Source: Octopus sinensis (lineage: Eukaryota). From it: DNA of 64,000 nucleotides. The DNA lies in the NCBI RefSeq assembly GCF_006345805.1, contig NC_042998.1, positions 112,344,001-112,408,000 of the forward strand. The letters are read 5' to 3'. Made by a program: the position numbers and the translations under genes. Below the pieces are notes generated by a model, which saw only the letters and a list, made by a program, of their open reading frames with translations, had not been told where the DNA came from and did no database searches. Position 1 is the first letter of the stretch, and each line of letters begins with the position of its first letter. Shown here one piece after another: positions 42,194-51,751 of this stretch.

Positions 42194-44785
42194 TTGTGCC
42201 TTAGCAAAGTCAAGTCCTTCCTTCGGAAGTACCACTCCGGAAGCATACTTGTGATGGGTGATTTTAACCTCCCTCATGTGAACTGGCCCACAAATACTCC
42301 GAAGTTAGGCAAGTGCTCTACATCAGATAGGGCAGCAGCAGAACTGCTCTTTAATCTGATGGATGAGTATTTCCTGACTCAGCTAGTGCTTGGACCAACG
42401 AGACAGAATAAAACGATCTTGGATCTGGTATTGACCAATCACTCTAGCTACGTTCACAGCATTTCAGTGGAAAAAACTCTCCTCTCAGACCACGACATGG
42501 TACTCTGCAATCTTAATTCCCGACATATAAAAACCAAACCAGCCAATCCCACTCCATGGCACCCATTTGACAACATAAACTTCCACAAAGCGGACTGGGG
42601 AACAATCAGAAAGGATCTGTCTTCCATCGACTGGTCTTTTACTCTCAATTCCTCTCATATTGAGACCGCGTGGCAGCACTTTGAAAACATTGTCACCTAT
42701 ACATGCTCTAAACACGCTCCCAAGAAATCTACTAACACAAACAGAAACCGGCTCCCTAAAAAGAAAAAAACACTCATCAGGCGCATCAAAAGACTCAACA
42801 AAAAAATCAACCAATTAAAATATTTCCACACACAACATCCACATTCAACAACAATGAAAAGACTAGAGCTGGAAAAACTTCATCTGCAGACTAACATGAA
42901 AACCTCCATTGAAAATCAAAGAGCTGTGGAGGAACAATGGGTAATCAAAAACATCAAACAGAGCCCAAAAGTGTTCTATTCTTATGCAAATAAACATAGA
43001 ACCACTGTCTCACCCATTGGGCCATTGATTGATGATAACGGCATTCCCCAACACGATGCTAAAGAAATGGCAGAAATACTGCAGAAACAATACTGCTCTG
43101 TCTTCAGTGTTCCCACTGATATTGACGTGAGGGAAACGAACGAAGTTGACTCCCAACACAAAATCGCAGACATAACCTTCACTGCCACCGACATCGTAGC
43201 AGCAATAAATGAGGTCAAACATTACTCTGCTGTAGGTCCTGATAGATTTCCCGCTAGTCTCCTGAAGGAATGTAGATATCAACTTGCAGTCTCTCTGACC
43301 AACCTCTGGAGAAACTCGTTAGACGCAGGTTATATACCGAAACAGTTTCTATCCCAGTCGGTCATCCCGGTTTTCAAACAGGGAAACAGATCCCTCGCAG
43401 TCAACTATCGCCCAATCTCACTCACCTCCCACATCATTAAAGTGTTTGAAAGAGTGTTAAGATCAAGGATAGCTGACTTCCTGGAGACCCACAAACTCCT
43501 AAATTCAAATCAGCATGGCTTTCGCTGTGGCAGGGACTGTCTAACACAGCTCTTACACCACATTGAAGATGTACTCAAAGCCTTGGGAACAGGTTCGAAC
43601 TCTGACGTCATATATCTTGACTTCAGTAAAGCGTTCGACAGGGTAGACCATAACATCCTACTCTCAAAATTGGCAAATGTTGGAATCCGTGGAAAAGTTC
43701 TACACTGGATTCAGTATTTCCTGGCAAATAGAACACAACATGTTGTAGTTGATGGAGTCCACTCAAACCCAGCAAAGGTCACCAGCGGCGTTCCCCAGGG
43801 AACTGTTTTGGGACCGCTACTCTTCATAATTTACGTAAACGACCTTTCCAGTGTCATACATCACTGCAAAGTGAAAATATTCGCTGATGACACTAAGCTC
43901 CAGCAAATCGTCAATGAAGAAGCAGACCGAACTCAACTCCAGTCTGATCTATATGCTGTAAGTCAATGGGCAGCCAGAAACAAAATGCAACTGAATGAGG
44001 GAAAATTTGAACTGATGCATTTTGGAAGAAATTCCTCACTAAAACAACCATACTCTCTTCCTTCAGGGGAACCGCTCACAGCCTCTAACAATATCAGAGA
44101 CCTGGGTGTAATTGTTGATGACGATCTCAGTTGGAGTGCACACATCAACAAGAAGGTCGATATAGCTCGTAGGATGAGTTCCTGGATCTTAAGAACTTTC
44201 CGGTCCAGAGAACAAGGTGTCATCATACCACTTTTTTCCTCCTTTGTACGGCCACACCTTGAATACTGCTGCCCACTGTGGTCTCCTCACACAAGACAAA
44301 ACATCTCCAGAATTGAGTCACCCCAGAGGGCTCTCACTAAACGAATTGAAGGCATGGCTGCTCTCGATTATTGGGATCGCCTTAAAGCCTTGAAACTTTA
44401 CTCCCTCCAGCGTCGCCGTGAGCAGTACATCATTTGTACGATGTGGAAAATATACCGCCAACTTTGCCCAAACGACCTAAACATTAACTTCAAGGTTCAT
44501 CCAAGACTTGGACCACGGGCCATACGTCCCCTGCCAAATTCAAGATCACAACATACATGTACACTGCAACATAATTTCTTTTCCTCAACAGGCCCTGTCC
44601 TATTTAACATTGTCCCGAGGGAGATCAAAGAGGAAAAGGATCCCATCAACTTCAAACAGAGTCTGGATAGATTCCTTCAAAGAATACCAGATAAGCCACC
44701 CATAATTGGATACAACTCACCCAACAAGAACTCACTACTTGAACAAAACTGGATACAACTCACCCAACAAGAACTCACTACTTGA
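42194..44785 (+). CDS. CR1-clade LINE ORF2 (N-truncated APE endonuclease plus complete reverse transcriptase), uninterrupted 863 codons
   Basis: APE motifs GDFN, LDLVLT, SDH. RT motifs NYRPISLTS, YLDFSKAFDRVDH, SGVPQGTVLGPLLF, FADDTKL. CR1-type tail RPHLEYCCPLWSP...LYSLQRRRE. Confidence 0.95.
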   Translation: MCLSKVKSFLRKYHSGSILVMGDFNLPHVNWPTNTPKLGKCSTSDRAAAELLFNLMDEYFLTQLVLGPTRQNKTILDLVLTNHSSYVHSISVEKTLLSDHDMVLCNLNSRHIKTKPANPTPWHPFDNINFHKADWGTIRKDLSSIDWSFTLNSSHIETAWQHFENIVTYTCSKHAPKKSTNTNRNRLPKKKKTLIRRIKRLNKKINQLKYFHTQHPHSTTMKRLELEKLHLQTNMKTSIENQRAVEEQWVIKNIKQSPKVFYSYANKHRTTVSPIGPLIDDNGIPQHDAKEMAEILQKQYCSVFSVPTDIDVRETNEVDSQHKIADITFTATDIVAAINEVKHYSAVGPDRFPASLLKECRYQLAVSLTNLWRNSLDAGYIPKQFLSQSVIPVFKQGNRSLAVNYRPISLTSHIIKVFERVLRSRIADFLETHKLLNSNQHGFRCGRDCLTQLLHHIEDVLKALGTGSNSDVIYLDFSKAFDRVDHNILLSKLANVGIRGKVLHWIQYFLANRTQHVVVDGVHSNPAKVTSGVPQGTVLGPLLFIIYVNDLSSVIHHCKVKIFADDTKLQQIVNEEADRTQLQSDLYAVSQWAARNKMQLNEGKFELMHFGRNSSLKQPYSLPSGEPLTASNNIRDLGVIVDDDLSWSAHINKKVDIARRMSSWILRTFRSREQGVIIPLFSSFVRPHLEYCCPLWSPHTRQNISRIESPQRALTKRIEGMAALDYWDRLKALKLYSLQRRREQYIICTMWKIYRQLCPNDLNINFKVHPRLGPRAIRPLPNSRSQHTCTLQHNFFSSTGPVLFNIVPREIKEEKDPINFKQSLDRFLQRIPDKPPIIGYNSPNKNSLLEQNWIQLTQQELTT

Positions 44786-44896
44786 ACAAAACTTGACTTA
44801 AACAGGATTCGAATAATCCTATCAGGTGGTGCTATTAAGTTAGACATGGCCTGGACCAATCTCTGGTCGAAACATATCTAAGTTTTATCTAAGTTT
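42198..44896 (+). mobile_element. 5'-truncated young CR1-like LINE insertion
   Basis: 3' UTR hairpin gacca-atctc-tggtc (44854-44868), tail (tatctaagttt)x2 (44875-44896), and candidate TSD tttattgt (42190-42197 and 44895-44902). Confidence 0.88.
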
Positions 44897-45850
44897 TATT
44901 GTTTGTATGTGTACATGTGACATGTTAAATAATTCTGCCATGCTTTACATATTAAATCTTGTATGGATGTGCACATGCATTATTTATGTATGAAATAAAG
45001 GAGTGGATTTATCGATAAGTCTTAGTGCGTGCGTTTGTGTAATTGAATGTAGGATATTTGTGCATACGAATACAGGCTAATTTTGTGCCCACTTGATAGG
45101 AGTGATGATCCATACAAACTTACATCTACAAATATATATATTAAGTACATATATTCCATATGTATATACATCTGTACATACATTATTTTACTACAACACG
45201 CATATATTCTTACATCCTTATCAGTTATAGTTTGAGTTTTTTTGTTGTTTTTTTGTGCTTTTTTTTTTTCAGGGAGAGGTAAACTAAAAATCTGAAAGAC
45301 TCACAACAGCTTTTATCATATAGCTCAAATATTTGATAAGCCATTAAGAAGCACAGTTAACTGCACCGCAGGCTATTTTGGGAATCTACGGCTATAAAGT
45401 GTAAATAAAGGGTGAAGGTTAAGAGAAAAATCTGTTGCCTTGTTATCAATGACTTTGGTGAATACAGTGAGTCTTTAACGATAAAATACAGACATTGTTA
45501 AAACAATATGTTAGATATTTATTTCTTAATAGCTGTTTCTCACTATCAGTGCCTAATGGAAGTGATGATAACTCTTAAGACAACACTGCTGTGTCATCTG
45601 TAACTAATATGTCAATGGTGTCAACGACTACCATCGGACTTTTAGATCAGTGTTTTCTGTTTTCTAGCCTTTTAACGGTGACGCACATTCTCGGTACTAA
45701 AAATTACGTGTGCGCGTGTGTATGTGTGTGCGTGTGTGTGCGTGTATGTGTATGTGTGTGTTTGTATAACTTGTGCATGTGTGCGCATGTGTGCGCATGT
45801 GTGCGCATGTGTGCGCATGTGTGCGCATGCGTGCGTATGTAGCTGTTCGG

Positions 45851-45857
45851 ATAGATT

Positions 45858-45953
<96 letters not shown>

Positions 45954-46107
45954 TCAGACAGACAGACAGACAGACAGACAGATTGATACATACATACGTA
46001 CATACATGCATGCATCCATCCATCCATCCATCCATCCATACATACATACATACATACATACATACATACATACATACATACATACATACATACATACATA
46101 CATACAT
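45851..46107. repeat. Compound (GATA)n(GACA)n(CATC)n(CATA)n microsatellite
   Basis: Visible tracts; a second (GATA)n lies at 46248-46353. Confidence 0.95.
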
Positions 46108-46247
46108 AAATAATATTGAAATAGACAGCAATATGAAATGTTTTACGAAAAAGGTAAACTATACCTCTCACTAAATGAGACTAGGGTATTAGAAACACCT
46201 ACAATGCAAGAAATAAGAGCTAAAATGGCTCTAAAGCACATAAGTGT

Positions 46248-46354
<107 letters not shown>

Positions 46355-46588
46355 CACGAGCGCATACACAGACACAGGTACACACTAAACACTGCAGCCA
46401 TCATTTGCAACATTGTATGTCATGGTAGCATGTACCGTAGTTTTGTTATTTGTTTTAAGTGACTGTGTATCCTCAACTACGGCAACGTGAAATATAGAGT
46501 CTTTGCTGACGGGGACAATGTGCTCATGAGGTCAACACCATAAGCCTTAAGTCACACACCTATACATACACACACACATATATATATG

Positions 46589-46619
<31 letters not shown>

Positions 46620-46778
46620 CGAAAGAAAGAGAGAGAGGAGAAGAAGAAGAAGAAGAAGAGGGAGTGAGCTGGAGAGGGAAAAAGTGGTAGGGGAGCAAAA
46701 AATGGAAGAATGCGATTGTCCTTGTGGATAATCAACTGGCTATCAATCATAAGGTCATGATATTAGAATATATATGTG

Positions 46779-46925
46779 CACTTGGCTAAGTGGTTAGGGT
46801 ATTCAGCTCAAGATCCCAAGGTCGTGAGTTCAATTTCTGGTGACACGTTGTTCCAGTCCAACCAACTGGAATAAATTAGTTGTACCTGTATTTCAAAGAG
46901 CCAGCCTTGTCACACTGAATCCAAC
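46779..46925 (+). mobile_element. SINE family C (CORE-like), degenerate
   Basis: tRNA-like head ttggctaagtggttagggtattc...gtgagttcaatt, then gttccagtccaaccaactgg. Confidence 0.55.
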
Positions 46926-47167
46926 GTGTAGAGCGCCCTGCTATCGCATATTAACTGAACGAACAGGTTGATCAATTGATCGGATCAACAGGAAGCCCCT
47001 TCGTTGTAATCGATGGAGTGCCAGTGTGTGGTGTGTGTGTGTGTGTGTTGTGTGTGTGTGTGAGTGTGCGTGCGTGTGTGTGTGTGTGTGCATTTGTATG
47101 TGACCTCGTGTGTACCGTTGGCGATTTTTTTCCTCTGTCTTCCATTCTCTGGATCTTTCCTTCTCCT

Positions 47168-47207
47168 ATGTTTCCGACGAAGAGCTCCGCTCGAAACGTT
47201 AAACCAT
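47168..47207 (+). ncRNA. Minimal type-I hammerhead motif, U4C variant (CCGACGA), in a pLTR-like unit ~46930-47305
   Basis: atgttt-CCGACGA-a-gagc(tcc)gctc-GAAA-cgt-TA-aaccat; stem III palindrome AACGTT; one stem I mismatch. Confidence 0.6.
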
Positions 47208-47402
47208 CCTTCTTTCCGTCTTTCCTGAGCATCCAATGATACTATATTTGTTACACGTCCTCGCGTTGCTGTGTTTTTTCTGCTTTCTTGTTTGGATTAA
47301 CTTTATATATTATATATATATATATAAATAAATATTTTATATATATATATATATATAGCACACACAGCGATATGTAACAGCAACTGGGTGATATTGTGAT
47401 AT

Positions 47403-47442
<40 letters not shown>

Positions 47443-47524
47443 CAATTGCAGCGTGGAAGGTGTTTATAAGCCATTTAAGAAACACACAAAAGCCGTTCGA
47501 TTCACTTCAACATTTAAGTTTAAT

Positions 47525-47572
47525 TTGTCAAAATATTTTCGTCGCTAAAATCCGCGACCTGTTCACTGACAA
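47525..47572 (-). ncRNA. Hammerhead-like motif with swapped G3-C8 core (GUGAACA)
   Basis: ttgtca-GTGAACA-g-GTCGC(ggatttta)GCGAC-GAAA-atat-TT-tgacaa. Stem I 6 bp, stem II 5 bp, stem III palindrome AATATT. Confidence 0.65.
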
Positions 47573-47614
47573 AAATCCGTGCTGCATCCCAGTGCTGAGA
47601 TGCAGCACGGATTT

Positions 47615-47662
47615 TTGTCAGTGAACAGGTCGCGGATTTTAGCGACGAAAGTATTTTGACAA
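47615..47662 (+). ncRNA. Mirror copy of the G3-C8 hammerhead-like motif
   Basis: Identical to the left copy except GAAA-gtat-TT, which breaks the stem III palindrome. Confidence 0.6.
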
Positions 47663-47800
47663 ATTAAACTTAAATGTTGAAGTGAATCGAACGGCTTTTG
47701 TGTGTTTCTTAAATGGCTTATAAACACCTTCCACGCTGCAATTGTTTTCGTTTCAGCACACGATCTCAGATCAAATTACTTGCTATGCGAGTACATCTCC

Positions 47801-47892
<92 letters not shown>

Positions 47893-47895
<3 letters not shown>

Positions 47896-48012
47896 AATTC
47901 TCAACACATTTCAATAATGGAAACACAAACAAAGACGTTATAAAGGAACAAGGTAGTGAATATACAAACCTACTACAACGAAAAGACATTCAACTAAGAC
48001 CCATCATAGCTC
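47893..48012 (+). mobile_element. Short Penelope-like RT fragment
   Basis: IKEQGSEYTNLLQRKDIQLRPIIA resembles the PLE RT motif LRPII(A/S). Confidence 0.45.
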
Positions 48013-48044
48013 GCAAGAGTTCATAGACAACAAATCTGGAGCAC

Positions 48045-48310
48045 ATGATTCCGGATTCAGTCCGACTACGTAGCACCTTGGGCAAGAGTCTTCTTCTGTA
48101 GCCTCAGGCCGACCAAAACCTTGTGAGTGGATTTGATAGACGGAAACTGAAAGAATCCTGTCTACATATATGTGTATGTGTGTGTGTTTGTCCACGCCGA
48201 TGTTGGTGTGTTTATGTCCGATAGATTAAGTATCGATTACTTCGACTGAAACCATATGAGGCGATGCTCCAGCATGGCTGCAGTCAAATGACTGAAACGT
48301 GTAAAAGATT
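48045..48310 (+). mobile_element. SINE family B
   Basis: gcaccttgggcaag...ggccgacc...ccttgtgagtggattt...gctccagcatggctgcagtcaaatgactgaaac. Confidence 0.8.
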
Positions 48311-48796
48311 ATATACACACATGGATAGATATTAAAACAGTAGTGTGTGTTTTAGTAAACATACATTTGAGTTGGATAGTGAAAATTCGACCTGTGGATG
48401 AAATAATGTATTTTTCTCTTTTTCTCTTCCCCTCTCTGTTGAGAAAAACGAAAGAGAGAGATCTAATTAGTTTCAGTGTATATTACAGCTTCATCAAATA
48501 TTCACATCCAGAGAACAGAAAATATATAATTGCTATTTATAGTATAGAGAAACTCTGGCGTGTCTAATTTACATATCCGTACAAGCATTGACAATGTGAA
48601 TTAATAAATTAATAATGGCAGTAAGGAAATATAGTTTTCACTGCGAGGCTAAAATATTTGTCAAAACCAAATTTCTTAAACCTAGCTTATCCACGCGCCG
48701 TGTTCTTAATTATTGATGTGCATGTGCGTGTGTGCATGAGCGTAATTTATATAGATATGTATATTATATATCTATTATTTATATGTAATATATCAT

Positions 48797-49140
48797 GTAT
48801 CAGTCATTGGACTGCAGCCATGTTGGGGCGATGCCTTGATGGTTTGAGTCGAACAAATCAACTATAATATATATCTTATTCTTTTTGAATTCTGTTACTT
48901 ATTTTATCGGTCTCTTTTACCGAACCTGTAAGATATGAAGACGGACACAAACCAACGCCGGTTGCCAAGCAATGAGAGACTAACGAAAACACAAAGACAT
49001 ACATATATACATATTTATATGACGGGTTTCTGCACAGTTACTGTCAACCAAGTTCACTTACGAGACATTGGAGCTATACTTGAAGACACTTGCCTAAGGT
49101 GCCACGCAGTAAGACAAGGAATAAGACCAACACCACATAG
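48797..49140 (-). mobile_element. SINE family B, degenerate near full length
   Basis: Reverse complement of the family B consensus, including gaagacacttgcctaaggtgccacgcagt. Confidence 0.75.
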
Positions 49141-49199
49141 ACAAGCTTGCGCTGATATATATATACATACACACACAGAAACACATATATACATATATA

Positions 49200-49287
<88 letters not shown>

Positions 49288-49500
49288 ATTTATGTGAAAT
49301 AGAAAGATGAATAATCTTGTAGTAGATTAATCAAAAGTTTAACCGATACCTTAGTAGCATAAATCACAGCAGTAAACAGCACGGTTGGAGGTACAACCAT
49401 ATGGTGTTGCAACCGTGCGTTGGTGCGGATAATTGAAATTAAAACATTATTGGTGAAATGAAGAAATGGAGCTGAACGCAGATTGAACAGAAATCGTTTT

Positions 49501-49590
49501 ATTTCATTCTACACGTGTTTCGAAGGCACAAATTACCAAAATCCGATTGAATAATGGGACCATATTGTGTCTTTCTCTTCAGGAAGAAAT
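49501..49590 (-). ncRNA. Type-I hammerhead ribozyme with intact core and long stem II, GUA site
   Basis: atttcttc-CTGAAGA-gaaagacacaa...ttgtgccttc-GAAA-cacgtg-TA-gaatgaaat; stem III palindrome ACACGTGT. Confidence 0.8.
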
Positions 49591-50807
49591 AGAAATCCGT
49601 TGGAAAAACAAAAACAGAACAGAGGCGGAGCAAAAACAAATCGAACTATGCTCCTAAGAGCCCATGGCGAAACTGTTATCAGTGTATGTTGAGAACCGGT
49701 GGCTGAAGAATTTAACGGGTCAGGCATCGGTCAATCATGTGGGTGAGGGTGTGTGGGTGTTCTTTGTGACCGAGAATAAAGTTCTGACTATTTAAGGAAT
49801 ATTGGATGTTTTATAAGGGGCGAGAAAAAATCTACTTAGAGATGTGTGTGTGTGTATACTGTTCTATACATGTGTGTATTGGCGTAGGGTAGAAAACATT
49901 TTTTGTGTACGTGTGTGCGTTGATCGTTCGGCTGTCAGTGGCTACTGCCGCGAGAACCGTTGGGTGGCAGAAAAAATATATATATATTATGTTTTATGTG
50001 TGTGTGTGTTCATCTAAGCCTGCCTTGTCAAGGAAACCCCCCGCTGTGAAAAAACCAAGCCCCGTTTGTCTTACAGGAGTAATTCCCCTTGCAGTGGTTA
50101 ATCGTAGATATCTTAAGGCTATTTCAGAATTTGTTACCAAGGGCTATGGGTGCCGGTATTATTTATAAACGCTATTTAAAAGCCAGATAAGTGTAACGCC
50201 GCCAATGGGGGCATCGAAAAGCCGACTGTAAAAGCCGTTTACCATCCGGCCTCTGGCAAACAAAATATGGAAGAGTTCGGAGACACAAGGTTGCACTGCC
50301 TTCTGCCCCTATCAAATGGGAGGGCCACCGACAAAATTGACCATTCCAGCCTGTAGCTTAAGTTCGTATCCTTCAGTCGCCATATTAGCTTACTGAGTCC
50401 GTGGTCTGGCGCTTGTTCATGTCCCGAAAAGTTGCGTAATGGTTGGAGACACGCAAAGACAATCTTGAGGATGAGGCCCCTACATAAGTGAAGACATCTG
50501 AGTCCGTGTAAACCTTGCATTGGTAGACGGCGTTTTTGATCTTGGAGTTCGCCGACGTGAATCTTATTCTGCTAGGATTAGTTTCTGAAATTAGAACTGC
50601 GTTCCTGTCACTATATTCGTTCCGAGACCTGCAGCCGCTTACTACTCTATTTTCCACTACGTCACTATTAACTATAGGAATAACCCCTGATTCTCCACTA
50701 TCTATCAGAGTGCTGTCATTGCTACTGCCCGTGGTGCTGCTATTGCTTTTTGCTATTTGTTTTTGCTCCGCCTCTGTTCTGTTTTTGTTTTTCCAACGGA
50801 TTTCCTA

Positions 50808-50895
50808 TTTTCTTCCTGAAGAAAGACACAATATGGTCCCATTATTCAATCGGATTTTGGTAATTTGTGCCTTTCGAACACGTGTAGAATGAAAT
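50808..50895 (+). ncRNA. Damaged mirror copy of the 49501 hammerhead
   Basis: CTGAAGA-aagacacaa...ttgtgcctttc-GAA-cacgtg-TA-gaatgaaat; one A of GAAA is lost. Confidence 0.6.
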
Positions 50896-50952
50896 AAAAC
50901 GATTTCTGTTCAATCTGCGTTCAGCTCCATTTCTTCATTTCACCAATAATGT

Positions 50953-50988
<36 letters not shown>

Positions 50989-51037
50989 ATTATATATATA
51001 CATATATACATACATATATACACATATACATGTATAT

Positions 51038-51450
51038 ATCATCATCATTGTTCGACCGTGGTCGAGACAATGGAATTTACTACGCTACGCCAGACTTCAC
51101 GGTCCATCATAGCATTACGGAGGTCCTGTTGCTGGATGCCTGTATCCCTGGAGATTACATCAAGGTAGGAGAATGTGCGCCCTCTGGTATCGCGAGTAGA
51201 TGGCTTCCAGAGGAGAAGAGTAGAAATTGCCTCGTTTTCAGCTCTACAACAATGTCCAGCAAACTGGACTCTCCTACTTTTCACAAGAGATGACACAGGT
51301 GATAGTTTCCCATATATTTGCATTTTGGTAGGATGACGCTTCCACGAGAGATTTTGAGCTCTCATAAGGAGGCGAGTGTAGGTTCCATCCAACCGCCTCT
51401 CAAGCTTCTTTGATAACGTCCAGGTTTCTGAGCCATATAGTAGAATTGGT
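51038..51450 (-). mobile_element. RTE-clade LINE 3' fragment with (TGA)n tail, inserted in (TA)n
   Basis: PILLYGSETWTLSKKLERRLDGTYTRLL...RRVQFAGHCCR...MMDREVWRS. Confidence 0.88.
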
Positions 51451-51451
51451 A

Positions 51452-51540
<89 letters not shown>

Positions 51541-51721
51541 TAAAAAATCGATAAGGAATTTATTGTAAATTGTTCTAAATGAATGTATCACTACAATTGT
51601 TACAATATTAACATACATACTTGTGTCACTATGGGTAAAATCAAGAAAAATGACATAAATACAATAATATAATCTATCTTTTATCAAAATATTCTTTGTT
51701 GAAAAAAAAATACATATAAAT

Positions 51722-51751
51722 TTACCCGTCACATGACGGGTAACACTCTAG
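51722..51751 (+). mobile_element. Helitron-like 3' terminus (hairpin plus CTAG)
   Basis: ttacccgtca-ca-tgacgggtaa-cact-CTAG. The next base is A, not the expected T. Confidence 0.45.

Larger units (their letters stand above)
47441..47800. mobile_element. Fold-back PLE-type unit (family FB1): 148-bp arms, 10-nt loop, ~54-bp tail, in (TA)n
   Basis: Arms 47441-47588 and 47599-47746 are near-identical reverse complements (one mismatch noticed); loop ccagtgctga. Confidence 0.9.
49290..50953 (-). mobile_element. 5'-truncated Penelope-like element: GIY-YIG endonuclease remnant with inverted pseudo-LTRs
   Basis: Minus strand 50657->50220: KNAVYQCKVYTDSDVFTYVGASS...NHYATFRD... then LSKLIWRLKDTNLSYRLEWSIL...RRQCNL, frameshifted. 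Inverted repeats of ~199 bp at 49443-49641 and 50755-50953; (TA)n at both ends. Confidence 0.88.
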
